Shown here in pieces: positions 1 to 13,032 of a DNA stretch of 64,000 nt (the stretch's first letter is position 1; each line of letters starts with the position of its first letter). The DNA lies in assembly GCA_964016885.1 (NCBI GenBank), contig OZ024747.1:65286001-65350000 (forward strand), in the 5' to 3' direction. A program made the translations under genes and the position numbers. The notes under the pieces were generated by a model that saw only the letters and a program-made list of their open reading frames with translations, was not told the DNA's origin and searched no databases. Source of the DNA: Eledone cirrhosa. Taxonomy: Eukaryota.

Positions 1-765
1 CCAGGCCAAGTTCCCACATGAAGCATCAGACGTGTGCATGGCCCAGTCTGCCTCTGTCTCTCTCACTAAGTGAGCAACTCTCCTAGCACTAGTCCAAAAA
101 TGTTTGCTTTAAATAGAGTTTTTGTGGGGTTAGGGGAAGTTATGTACATACATAGATATATACATATATATATACACACATACATATATAGACACATATA
201 TATGCATATATACGCATGCTGTATTGATACTTGAGTTATTTTATTATAAAAAAATTGTGTCAAGAATAAAACAAGAGGCTACATCATTGTAAGTTTTACA
301 TTTTAGAGGGAATTATGTTTGATTCCAAATAAATCTTGAAAGATACAGAAACAGTTAAGTGGTTTTTGTTGATGTATTTTTGTTTTGTCTAATATTTCAT
401 GTCTAATTTAACCTATTTCATCTGATTCTTCATTGTTTACTGCTTGAAAGATAAAGAAGAAGTAAAACAACTACAGACTGTTTTTTAACCATATTTTACA
501 TCATGATTTACAAAGCAATATTCTATGATTTGTGATTAATTGCATCTAAAAATAATGATGTATTTTATTACAGCAACAATTTCTCCAAAACATAATAAAA
601 TATACACAACTTGACAGGAAAATTGCTGACTCCGGTATTATAGTTTCTTTGTCATTTAGTTTCAATTTGGTTTTCTGTATCTCACATTAAATTTCTTCTG
701 ATGTACTGAAGGAAGATTTGTCAGACATTGTGTCTGCTAGAGAGAAGGAGTCACTGAGTAAAACA

Positions 766-1145
766 TTGCTAGGTCATATGTCCCTGCTAGGTCATATGTC
801 ACCGTGAGGTCATGTGTCAGTGCTAGATCATATGTCACTGCTAGGTCATATGTCACTGCTAGGTTATATGTTATTGCTAGGTCATATGTCATTGCTAGGT
901 CATATGTTACCATTAGGTCATATGTCACCATTAGGTCATATGTTACTGCTAGGTCATATGTCACTGCTAGGTCATATGTTACCAGTAGGGGGGGGGGGGG
1001 GGGGGCATATACCACTGCTAGGTCATATGTCATTGCTAGGTCATATGTCACTAGGTCATATGTCACTGCTAGTCACATGTTATCACATGGGTTCATGTCA
1101 TTGCTAGGTCATATGGCATTACTAGGTCATATGCACTAGGCCATA
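766..1145. repeat. 18-bp minisatellite (ctaggtcatatgtcactg)n, about 20 units, interrupted by a G-run near 988-1005
   Basis: Visible tandem units; they account for the spurious VTYDLA/ARSYVT/LLGHMS ORFs. Confidence 0.95.
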
Positions 1146-2520
1146 TACCACTGTTGGACATCCATCAGCTTCAACAAGTGTTCCAGTCGTCTGATCAATG
1201 CTGCAGCTTGCTTGTGCAAGTGGCTGAGCATTCCTCACACATGCGTTCTCAGGGAGATTCAGTGTGACACAGTGTGTGACATGGCTGTTTCTTTGAATCA
1301 CAGACACAACTCATTTTGACCAACTGAATGAACTGACTCAATATGAAATAAATTGTCTTACATGCCACTCATAATTGAACTCATTACCTTATGATTGTGA
1401 GTGAAACACACTAAACCTAAGCCACATATATCTTCACTGTTAGGTTATACATCACTGTAAAGTCATGTTTTACAATGAGGTTCAAGTCTCTGGTGACTTT
1501 GATTCTTCTGTATGGGTGTGAGAGCTTGACTCTTACATCTGATACAGAATGAAGAATCAAGGTTTAAATTGTACAAGTCTCTAGTGACTATGATTCTTCT
1601 GTATGTGTGTGAGCACGACTGTAGGCCAGAAGACGGAGTGTGTCTGTGATTGGCTTTATAACAGTTAGTCTGTATTCTATATTCTGTATTCTACAACAGA
1701 TTGTAAAAACAAGGCCATATTGTCAAAGAATGAAATATTTAGATTATATTCTAGTTTCGAACCCAAACACAATTCAATACTGGAATACAATGTCTGGGTT
1801 GATTTCGACTTTTAGTACTAAAATGTAAAAGAAAAAAACTATTAAAATGTATAGCTAGGAATATTCTTTGTCCTGGCACTATAATTGTAATGGCTAAAAG
1901 TCAGAACAATTCATAAGATAATGGAATGTAATGACATTATAACATTCTCTTGGAAATATACTTCTGTCAGGTAATAGATTGTCGTAAAGAAGATTTAATT
2001 TAAACCCATGTAAATAAGAATGAGAGAAATTGAGGTAAGGACACATTATCCTCACCTATCTCTCTTTCTTTCTCCCTCTCTCTTCCTCTCTCCCATTCTC
2101 TCTCCCTCTCTCTCTCTCTCTCCCATTATCTCTCTCTCTTTCTTTTTCTCCCCCTCTCCCTCATTCTTTCTCACTGTGACCAAGCATGTTAGCTTGGTTA
2201 GCTGGAATGTATTTTTAAAAGTGTTCGGTGGAAGATGCTTGAATGGCCATAGAGCATGCAATACAATAAAACAGTAATCTCATTCTATCCTGTCCACAAA
2301 ATAAAGCAGTAAAAGAAACAAAAGATACAGAAACCACTTAAAACTTTATCCTCCTACGTCTTCGTCTGGCCGTTTGTTATATGTCTACCTTTCCTACAAG
2401 GCAACATCCAGTATATAGATATCTCTTCCTCTGATCACCTATACATATTGATATTTCACACAAGACAACCTCCAGTGTATAGATATGTCTGTCACTGGCC
2501 AACTCATTGGAGCTATAAGA

Positions 2521-2741
2521 AATAATGATTTTTATTATAGGCACACGGCCTGCTATTTTAGGGGAGCGGAAAGTCAATTAAATCGAACCCAGTGCATTAC
2601 TGGTGCTTTATTTTATCAACCCCGTAAGGATGAAAGACAAAGCTAACCATGACAGAATTTGAACTCAGAACGTAAGGGGACGTAACTCTATGCTGCAAAG
2701 CATGGTGTCCGATGCTCTACTGATACTGCCAATCCACTGCC
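2521..2741 (-). mobile_element. tRNA-derived SINE family A
   Basis: On the minus strand: ggcagtggattggcag head, B-box GAGTTCAAAT, conserved body tttcatccttacggggt.gataaaataaag.accag. Over a dozen homologous copies lie in the window. Confidence 0.85.
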
Positions 2742-3613
2742 TCTATAAGAAATAATGTGCCTTGCTCAAGGATACAATACACCATAGAGAATCAAAAACC
2801 ACTTTTATAATCATGAGCTGAACGTCCTAACCACGAAGCTATGTACCTTCATAAGTGTGTGACACTCTATTTATAAATCCTCATCATCATCATCAACATC
2901 ATTGTTTAACGTCTATTTTCTATGCTAGCATGGGTTAGACAAGTCACCTCATTTGAGGTAAGTTAGGTCAGGTGACTGTGTCTTACTCATATAGAACTGT
3001 TTCTGGCTCGATGCCCTTCCTAACACCAACCACATTTACAGTGTGTGTTAGGTGCCTTTTGTCATTACACCTACATGGCCACATTACAGTGTGGGCTTGG
3101 TGGTTTTGTCACGACACCTACACAACCACTTTACAGTGTAGACTGGGTGCTTTTTGCCATGACACCTACCCGACCACATTACAGTGTGGGTGGAGCATAT
3201 AGTAAAGTGGTTGGCATTAGGAACAGCATCCAGCCATGAAAAAAAAAAAAAACTCATTTAACTCATGCAAGCATGGAAAATGGACGTTAAACGATGATGA
3301 TGATGGTTACATTTATAAAAGGCTGAGTTGAGAGGATGAAATTGTCTTTCCTATCTTCAGGCCAATAAAGTTTCACAATTACACTTCTATTGATTCCACA
3401 AACTGTTCCGTTTCCAAATGAATAATTTGAAACATGTCAAAATAATAACAACAACAACAAATCATTGCTAGATGTTAAACTAACTAGTCTATTCTTCATA
3501 TAAATAGTGTCTGGCTTTCCTAATTTAAAGCTTTGTAGCACTTTATAAAAATATTATACCGTATATTACTACAATGCATATATTTTAACCCTCGATCACT
3601 CAACATTGAGCTA

Positions 3614-3999
3614 ATCTATAACCAACTGCATTCCAGCAGTGATAATCCTATAGTTTGTCTTCAAACATAATATAGATACAATGATACAATGACATATCTA
3701 TAATCAGCTATGTTCCAGATGTGATAATCCTATAGTTTGTCTTCAAACATAATATAGATACAATGATACAATGACATATCTATAACCAGCTATGTTCCAG
3801 ATGTGATAATACTATAGTTTGTCTTCAAACATAATATAGATACAATGATACAAGGACATATCTATAATCAGCTATGTTCCAGATGTGATAATCCTATAGT
3901 TTGTCTTCAAACATAATATAGATACAATGATAGAATGACATATCTATAACCAGCTATGTTCCAGATGTGATAATACTATAGTTTATCTTCAAACATAAT
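3614..3999. repeat. 82-bp tandem repeat, about 4.7 copies; the last unit is interrupted by a SINE-A
   Basis: gtgataat recurs at 3639, 3721, 3803, 3885 and 3967; unit sequence resumes near 4211 after the SINE. Confidence 0.92.
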
Positions 4000-4205
4000 G
4001 GTTTCTGATTTAGACATAAGGCCAGCAATTTTTAGGGGAGGGGAAAGCTAATTAAATCAACCTGAGTATATGACTGGTACTTTATTTGATTGACCCCGTA
4101 AGGATGAAATGCAAAGCTAATCTCGGCAGGATTTGAACTCAGAATGCAAAGGGCCGTAATTCTATGCCACTAAGCATGTTGTCTCATGCTATACAGATAG
4201 TCCGA
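3996..4205 (-). mobile_element. SINE family A
   Basis: Homologous to 2521-2741. Confidence 0.8.
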
Positions 4206-4754
4206 TGCTTTGTAGATACAATGACATTATCTGAGTAAACAATAAAAATACTAATCTCCTTTACTGATAGGAAGGCAGTGAATTAGTGGAATCATTAGAA
4301 CATAGGAACTATGTTCTGAGTTCAAATCCTGCCAAGGTCAACTTTGCTTCACAACCTACTGAGGTTGATACAATATTCTAACAGACCAGTTTGGTGATTT
4401 GTCAGAATTGTTAGAGAGTTAGATGGAATGCCATGCAGTATACCTTCTGACTCTCTGTGTTCCTAGTTCAAATCCTGTTGAAGTTAATTTTGTCTTTCAA
4501 CTTGTCGAGTCAATAAAATAAAGTAACAATAGACAGAATTGTTAGAGTTGTTGTCATTGTTGTCATCACTATTGCCATGTGAGCATGTGTGTGTGAGTGT
4601 GTGTGCATGTGTGTGTGTGCATGTGTATGTGTATATATATATATATCATCATCATCATCACCGTTTTACGTCCATTCTTCCACGCTAGCATGGCTTAGAC
4701 AGGTTGCCCTGTTGTGAGCAATGCCAAGTCGAGTGACCTTGTCTTGCTCACACC

Positions 4755-4785
<31 letters not shown>

Positions 4786-5714
4786 CGTCTGTGTGCGCGC
4801 GCATGCGCGTGTTTGTGTGTGCGCAAGCAGGTGCGTGTGTGTGTGTGTGTGTATCTGTTTTAACTCCCTTAACTTAGCAGTTTGTAACAAAAGAGATCGA
4901 TAAGATAAGTACAAGACTTGAAAAATATGCATACTAGGGTCAACATGATCAAATAACGGAAAGCAGTGCCCCAGCAAGGCCTCAGTCTAATTATTGAAAC
5001 CAGTAAAAGTATTAAAAAATCTGAAGTTCGCTATCTGGTGCATAGCTTCTCCCCTCACCCCAGACACACCGAACATAGATGCCATTTAAACATTGTAACT
5101 GATTTCCTTGTCATAATAGTAATTTAACTCTGTATTGTGATTGGTAATAAATATTAACCCACCTCACACCCACAACCAATAGCTAATTGCCTGCTAAAAT
5201 ACCATTTCCTAGCCATAATGGTAATTTAACACTCTATTATGAATGGCAATAGATATTCCACCTTCCACCTACCACCACCTACCAGCACCTCCTCTACAAC
5301 ACCTAATTGTCTGCTAAAATGCCATTTCTAAGGCATAACTGTATATTAACACTGTATTCATCATCAACATCATCATCATTGTTGTCTTGACATCAGTGTT
5401 TCTATGATTGCATGGATTATCCAAGTCCTCTCCAGCGCATCATCTCTGCATTTGATTCTTTCTTTTCTTTGCTATCTTTAAGAGGTGTAGTTTTTTTTTT
5501 CTTTTTAGGCCAGCTTTCACCACCTCTGCCATAGTTTTCCTCAATTACATCTTCCTTCCACTTGTCTCTTTCCTTTATCACCTCCTTTGTGAAGTGAAGT
5601 TTCTTCAGATTAGACTTCACCACCTCTGCCATGGTCTTCCTCAATTACATCTCCTTTCCACTGGCCTCTTTCTTTCCTTTGTCATCTTTTTTATGAGATG
5701 TATCTGTTTTTTAA

Positions 5715-5933
5715 CCCTTTAGCATTCACATTATTTTATATATATTATTATATTTTCATGGTAAAGGCTTTACCTCACATAATATCTCACATAATATCGA
5801 ATCTATGAGATTTTGAAAGTATTTATTTTGAGAACAATACCTTAACATTAGTTTGAGTGACAAGTTACAACCAGTTTCAACAGAAAGAGGTAGAGAATTC
5901 TGGCCGGTTTTGGCCGGTTTGAACACTAAAGGG
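5715..5933. mobile_element. piggyBac-type MITE (~220 bp)
   Basis: TTAA|ccctttag ... ctaaaggg|TTAG; same family as 12212-12433, 17922-18139 and 22870-23088, in the opposite orientation. Confidence 0.85.
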
Positions 5934-6164
5934 TTAGATCAGTTTTCACCACTTCTGCTCATATTTTTTTTGGTCTTTCTCTACCATTATATCCTCCAAT
6001 TGGAACTTCTTCACCCAGCAATCATCATATATATACATTATAGGTTGTACCAGCATAATCTTCTCTCTTGCAAGCAACATCTAATTCCTTTTATGTTCAG
6101 CTTTTCTCTCAGCTCTCTATTGTCATTGGTATTAGGTGGCCGTTTGGCAGATTTGTTAGAATGT

Positions 6165-6498
6165 TGGGTATAAGAGGAATCAAAAGTGGTGTTCGAGAGA
6201 GAAGACTGCATTGGAATGGATATGTGATGCATATAGATGGTGATCATTGGGTGAAGAAGTGCCTAGAAATCCCAGTGGAAGGAAACTGCAGTACAGGAAG
6301 ACCTGGACAGAGGTGGTGAGAACTTATGTCAAATTGCTGAAATGCACGGTGGAAATGATGAAGGATCACGTCGTATGGTGAAATGCTTTGCTGAAAAGGA
6401 CCCGTCCAAACATGGAAAAATGAACTATATGCAAACATGGAAAACATGGAAAACATGCAAACATGGAAAAATGAACTTTAAAATGATGATGATGATGC
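6165..6498 (+). mobile_element. RTE LINE 3' fragment
   Basis: Encodes LGIRGIKSGVRERRLHWNGYVMHIDGDHWVKKCLEIPVEG...GRP, homologous to the 51625-52005 peptide; ends in (gat)n. Confidence 0.8.
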
Positions 6499-6644
6499 TA
6501 AAATGCTTTGTATAATTTGTACCAGCTCTTTGTGTTCCTCTTCCAAGTTCAAAAATCTCACAACAGTCAACTTTATCTTTCATCCTTTTGAGATTGATAA
6601 ATAAATACCAGTAAAGTAGTGGGTCTATTTTACTTATATATAAT

Positions 6645-6985
6645 GGATGCACATGGCTTAGTGGTTAGAGCATTGGCCTTGCAATCGAAAGGTTGTGAGT
6701 TCAATTCTCAGACCGGGTGGTGTGTTGTTTCCTTGCGCGAGACACTTTATTTCACATTGCTCCAGTTTACTCAGCTGTAGAAATGAGATGATAGGGACCC
6801 CAGTCCCTATCATTCCACTGCAAAGTGGTCGTGGAGGTGCCATGGCAAAAAAAGCACCCAGCACTCACTGTAAATGAGGTTGGTGTTAGGAAGGGCATCC
6901 AGCTGTAGAAATCAAGCCAGAATCAGTTCCCGTCCCACTCTTGCAAGCAGGGAAAAGCGGACGTAAAATGAAATGATGATGATGA
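6645..6985 (+). mobile_element. tRNA-derived SINE family B with RTE-type 3' tail
   Basis: A-box tggcttagtgg, B-box gagttcaattc, central domain, and tail cttgcaagcagggaaaagcggacgtaaaa(tga)n shared with the RTE at 51598. Confidence 0.88.
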
Positions 6986-7567
6986 AGGATCTCTTTCTCA
7001 CTTCTTCTCTATCATTCTCTTTCCTTCTCTGGAAATTAGCTGAGTCCTGACCTAGGGAGGTGATAGCCTCCACCAGGTTTAAAGTACCCAACAAACACAA
7101 TATGCCACAACACTAGGAGTTACAGGTGCAATAGAAGATTAGATATCAATATAACAACAACAACAACAACAACAACAGCTAAATGTCTAATAAAATATGA
7201 TTTGTTAGTCATAATTGTATTGTAATGGTATATAGATCTTAGCAATAGATATTCCAACCCTCCATGACCACCACCACTAACAACAACAAGTATGTCTGAT
7301 AAAATACCATACTGACAGCAATAGAATGAAGAATTGCCAAACAATTCCCTTGGTGTATAAGCCACTTAACATTAATGATTGCAACAGAAATTTACCTTAA
7401 ATCATCATCATCATCGTCATCATTATTATTATTGTTGTTGTTGCTGTTGTTATTATTATTATCATTATTATTATTATTAATCCTAATTGCTTTTGTTTCT
7501 CTACTGACACTGGTATCAGGCAATTGACATTATTTAAATCATGATGATGATGATGATGATGATGATA

Positions 7568-7755
7568 CAGTGAAATTCTGTTATAATGAAATTCACGGAA
7601 TATAAAAAAAAATTTGTTATAATCGAAAATTCTTTATAACAAGATCGAGCGAAAGAAATTGAGTTTTTGCTTATTATTACTTCAGGGATTAAAAACAAAT
7701 TTCTTATACTGAAAAATTTGTTATAATGGTATTCGTTATAACAGAATTTTACTTG
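7568..7755. mobile_element. Tc1/mariner-type MITE
   Basis: TA|cagtgaaattctgttataa ... ttataacagaattttacttg|TA terminal inverted repeats with TA target duplication. Confidence 0.8.
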
Positions 7756-7982
7756 TATATGTGTGTGTATTATAAATTTAATATCGACATGGCTTCTACA
7801 GGACTAGAACTGTTTCATGCTGTAGAAGTGATTTCTCTATTAAATTTGATGTTTACATTCTACTAATGTATTGAGAACCTTACTTACTGTGGTTACTCCC
7901 AATTAAAACTGGGATTCTCTCACACACACTATATATATATATATATGTATAAAATCCAAAGTCAATAAATACGCCAGGATTT

Positions 7983-8043
7983 TTTCATTCTGATGATTGA
8001 AAGCAAAATTTGTTTGCTTTTAAGAAACCACTGGTAAATGAAA
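7983..8043 (+). ncRNA. Type I hammerhead ribozyme
   Basis: Stem I tttcatt/aatgaaa; core CTGATGA (7990-7996); stem II ttgaaagcaaa/tttgcttttaa; GAAA (8024-8027); stem III CC-act-GG; GTA cleavage triplet (cut after 8036). Confidence 0.85.
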
Positions 8044-8094
8044 TAATTGCCTTATGTTGTTTATTACATAACTATATATATATATATAATATAT

Positions 8095-8340
8095 AAGATC
8101 AAAAGATGGTTAAAAGAGTTCCATGTATTTTATTATGCGCATTTCAAAAACAAATATCATCATGCAATAATATTTGTGTTTTCATCAGATAAAATAGGAA
8201 GACATGATATGAAGGTTAAAAAACACTTGTGAATAGTGCAGTTTTGAATCAACATATGTATACTCCAGTCCTACAAACTGAAGAGTGCTTCTTATCCGAT
8301 ATCTGCATTGCTTTATTGTACTACAATAAAACTCACCTCC

Positions 8341-8343
<3 letters not shown>
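8095..8343 (-). mobile_element. ~250-bp non-autonomous hammerhead-bearing element in (TA)n, copy A
   Basis: Close reverse complement of 54687-54940, flanked by TA microsatellite on both sides, no ORF. Confidence 0.85.
8126..8196 (-). ncRNA. Type I hammerhead ribozyme with minimal stem III (palindromic GCGC loop)
   Basis: Minus strand reads tattttat CTGATGA aaacacaaatattattg-ca-tgatgatatttgttttt GAAA T-GCGC-A TA ataaaata, giving an 8-bp stem I. Confidence 0.85.
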
Positions 8344-8392
<49 letters not shown>

Positions 8393-9615
8393 CATACATA
8401 CATACATACATTTCCAGCCAAGCCCCACTCACATAATGAGATAATAAGCCTGCAGTTGAGAAACTGCTTTTTAAAATACAGAGTCTACACAAATATTTAG
8501 TTAGTGAGTACTGTAGTGGTGCTTTGGTAAAGATACTTCCGTATATATCTCCTGGACAGATTTTGTTTCAATGCAATATCTGTCTATAACAGTTATTATA
8601 AGTGTTATATGCCGAAAATTGCCTAGTATCAGCAGATATTAGTCAATCTCGGCCCAAACTCAACACTTTGGTCTTTAAAGTGATTTGCTGCAGGACACAA
8701 TATGATGCCAGCAATTGAACTCAAGATCTTACAATTGTGAGCTTAACACCCTTACCACTATGACACATACCTTCACTTTCATGTACATATATACATATCT
8801 ACATAGCACACATACGTATATACATACATACACATACATAAATAAATACATGCACACACATCTACATACACACATATACATACATATATTACATACATAC
8901 ATACATTCATACATACCTATATACTTATAACATGCATAAATCTGTACCTATATATGTGCATACAAAAAATATATACATACATACAAAATACATATATACA
9001 TACATACAAAAAAAACATACACACATCCACGCTTACATACATCCAAACATACATATACACACACACACATGCCGACATACATAAATATAAATAATATACA
9101 CACACATGCACACAGAAACACACGCGTACATACACACAGAAACACATGCCTACATACACACACATACATACATACACACATACATGCAGACGTATGTACA
9201 TATGTTAAAATCACTGTAAATCAGTTGTCAAAATGATGTGTACACTTTAGATGTTTTAGTATTACAACTTTATATATTTTGTTATCATTTTATCATTTCT
9301 TGAGGGATCAATGCTGGAATATTCCAACTACATTAACACCACTGCAACAACTTGAAGAGTTGTTTTATCTAAACATAAATATTTATTGTTACATAACTGA
9401 ATAAATTATTTCTAACCTAGACAAAAGTTAAGAATGTGTATGATTGATTATAGTGACTTTACATTGTCAAGAGGAAAGAGTATATATATATATATATATA
9501 CAATGTGGTCTACCTTTGATGGTAGAGTCTATACCATAGTTAGAACACAATGTAATCCATTAGCAAGTAATTCAGTGAGATCCAGAGATAGGTTCGATCA
9601 TACCATCTTCTTCGG

Positions 9616-9741
9616 ATTGTTTCCGAAGAAGATGGTATGATCGGACCTATATATGAAGTCTGATAGTATACAGTTCTCTAACTGTTATAGATCAGTCAAT
9701 ATATCAATATGATCAACCCTCCGAAACGATCGTAAAACAAT
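9616..9741 (+). ncRNA. Hammerhead-like ribozyme with long stem II and variant core CCGAAGA
   Basis: Stem I attgttt/aaacaat; CCGAAGA at 9623-9629; nested hairpin stem II; GAAA C-GATC-G TA at 9723-9734. Confidence 0.6.
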
Positions 9742-10195
9742 GAAATGAATATGTAAAATAACTTGCCTTCATTATTATTATTATTGTTAAACTAATATCT
9801 AATATATATAGTAATAATAAATGTGAAGATTAAAATCCAAAGAGGGCTTCATAAGGATTATATATATATATATATATATAAACCCGTAGAGCAAATATTT
9901 ATTATATGTACAGATTAAAGTTTAAGCAAAGATGCTTAAACTTTAATCTGTACATATAATATACATATATATATATATAAAATAAATAGTGATGATCTAA
10001 AGTAACTATTTTTTGTTTATTATCATATATATATATATATATATATATATGCATATATATATATAAATATATATTATCATATATATATATATATTATTAT
10101 CATATATATATATGTGTGTGTGTATATTATATGTATATTTATGATGATGATGATGATGATGATGATATATATATTTATATATATATATATATATA

Positions 10196-10267
<72 letters not shown>

Positions 10268-10480
10268 GAATGATTAAGTATCGAGAGAGAGAAAAAAGGA
10301 AAGATAGGCGATACATATATTTAGTTGCCAATAGTTTATGCAGATGTGCTCGATACTCGTGCCTACAGGGCTAAATATTAGAAGTCTCAATATTTAGTGG
10401 GCGAGAAAAAATAAGCAGAGTGATTATAAAAGAAATGAATACAAGGAGTTTAAAACCGTTAGAACTTGTTTATATAACAG

Positions 10481-10523
10481 TGCGCCTATGTACGTTACGC
10501 CCGGAATGGGCTTATCAAGGGCA
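10481..10523 (-). ncRNA. Degenerate minimal hammerhead
   Basis: Minus strand reads tgccc TTGATAA GCCC-attcc-GGGC GTAA C-GTAC-A TA ggcgca: hammerhead layout with three core substitutions. Confidence 0.45.
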
Positions 10524-12211
10524 TGGAAAACATATATATAAAATAAATAGTAATGATCTAAAGTAACTATTTTTTGTTTATTATCATATGTATATATACA
10601 TACATGTTCATACACTCCTAAAATTACATGCACACAAAAAATGTTTAACCAAACAAAATTACCTTCATGTGGACACTTGAGTTTTACTTTATTTTATTGA
10701 TCCCCCTCCCGGAAGAATGTAAAATGCCAGAGGTATTTTCTATGGTATTTCTAGGATTCTGCCCATCCACCACCACATGGTTATGGTTGGATGACTTTCA
10801 TCATAGATCTACTCAGTCCACAACATACAATGGGATTTACTTACCAGAATCTCTCTACCATGTTTCATCTTAAACAGTACAGGAAGACGGAAGGTTCCAA
10901 GTTGTGTATGGTAGTAAGATAGTGTGACATCAGTTGACTCACCAGGTTGAAGAACACATTTTTTGGGTGTCACTTTGAACAGATTCTCTTCTAGAATCCT
11001 TTCCTAGAAATGGCAAAATCAAAAGAGAGAGGAAGAAATACTTTAGAATGTCTCTAGAATATTTAGTAATGAATCATTTATAGATCCTTTATGAAGTGGC
11101 TCAACCTGCTATAAATAACAACCAAATCATCCTCAATTGACCACAAATCTTTTGTGAAGTGGTCCAACCTGCTATAAGTAACAGCCAATTCACCTTTAAT
11201 TCATATCTTACAATCTTGAAAAAGTGAGGACTACACAGAAACATCTTTCTTTCCACCAACAGTTTGACATTGCTATTTAGCTCCAATTCCAAGCAAGCTA
11301 TAATCAAAGAGTTGCACACATCTTTCCTCTTTCAGACACAGTGTGTCTCAGACTGCATTATACAATTGTTTTAAAGATGGAAGTATGTAATCTGATAATT
11401 CTAGTACATAAAACTACTAGAAAAGGAGACTTGTCCAATGTTCAAACAATTCCATCAATCCACCATCTCGGACTGGTTATTTATTTATTGACTCTAAAAT
11501 GATAAAAGATACAGTTGAACTCGATGGGCTTTAAACTCTATACACCAAATAAATACATAAGCTACTTGATCTGGTCATTTCTGATACTGTAATGATTTTG
11601 CCAATTCCCTGCCTTAAATACATAATATACATTTTTTATCACTTAGAAGACAAAAGTAGTGCTCTTGAAACTTTTCTGAACATCCAAGTTTGATGGCAGG
11701 AAAGAAAGAAAGCATCCTCTACTCACAAATCTGACATGAATGTTTTCAACAGATTAAACTCCATTTACCCTGCATTGTTGCAAGCCTAAAAGTATTCAAT
11801 ATTTTAAAAGGTTGGATAATAAAACACTCTTGTCTTGTTCTGATAGTATTTGTTATTCAAAATCATAAACATTATATGTGATAGGCAGTGAATTGGTAGA
11901 GTTGTTAGAATGTCAGATAGAATGGGTTGTGGTATTTGTTCCAGGTTGCTGCACCCTAAGTTCAAATCCTGCCAAGTTCAATTCTGATTTTCATCCTTTT
12001 GAGGTTGTTAAACAGAGTACCAGTCACAGCCTGGGGTCAAATCTTCCCCTATATCTCTTTCTCCCTTCCTCTCTATCACCCTGTCTCTCCTTCACTGGAT
12101 GAAATCAGCTGTGTCCAGACGTGGGGAGGTGATAGACACTGTTAGGTTTAAGAAATGCTGTATGTCACTGTAGTTAGTCCTCCTATGGTTCCACCAAAGG
12201 TTATGGTTTAG

Positions 12212-12433
12212 CCCTTTAGTATTTAAACCAGTTGTATCCAGCTAGAATTCTCTCACTTCTTTCTGTTCAAACCAGCTGTAACTGGCCACTCACTCATACT
12301 GACGTTAAGGTATTCTTCTCAAAATAGATAATAACAAAATCTCATAGATTCAATATTATGAGATATTATGTGAGATAAACCCTTTACCATGAAAATATAA
12401 TAGTATATATAGAATAATATAAATACTAAATGG
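12212..12433. mobile_element. piggyBac-type MITE
   Basis: TTAG|ccctttagtattt ... aaatactaaatgg|TTAA; homologous to 22870-23088. Confidence 0.82.
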
Positions 12434-13032
12434 TTAAAGATGAAGAACACACATTACACGTCAGAGAGAGTTGCCTTATCACAGAAACAGACTGATTTTA
12501 AACATACCACCAATACAAAATGTGCGTGCTACATCAGAAAATATCTGATTAGTTTGCTGATCATGCCATATATCTACTTGTTCTCAAATTAAACAGTCTT
12601 GGGCCTCTTGAAACAATAAGATATGTCAAAATATTGTGTGACATTAAAGTAAACAGAAGTATTGGAAGTTTACATTCACATTACAGTTAGTTAAACTCAA
12701 ATCTCAAATTTCATTAAAGCAACAATTAACAGATTTCCCCATTAATGTATTAGTTGCAATGTTAATTAATCACTAATGAATCAACTTCTGCATGCTGAAA
12801 TATAATTTTATCCTCTACTTCATTATTTAAATTTGATATAATGGTTGGTGGTTTTACAATTTTGTATGCGTTGAAACTCACTAAATTACACAAATGAAAA
12901 TTACAGAGCCCTCTAGTGACTAAAAATGTCAAATTTATAGAAAATTTATTCTTTGTGCAATTTTCTTGTTAATCATAGATCACCCTCGTTGAGATTCACG
13001 TTTCTACCACACTGTTAACCTTTCAATTTAAA

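Noticed and set aside
572-646. Possible further CFAP65 exon (NYNTGVSNFPVKLCI..., minus strand)
   Set aside because: The acceptor lacks a pyrimidine tract, similarity is weak and the intervening expected exon was not found.
2388-2512. AG/GT-bounded open segment on the minus strand
   Set aside because: No CFAP65 resemblance, and it contains an internal duplication (tccagt.tatagatat).
6645-6720. Functional tRNA genes at SINE heads
   Set aside because: A and B boxes are present, but there is no full cloverleaf and each continues into a SINE body.
10700-11330. Very old LINE RT remnant (LWLDDF, FLGVTL-like); similar traces at 21540-22100 and 58950-59530
   Set aside because: Too degenerate to assign family or boundaries by eye.
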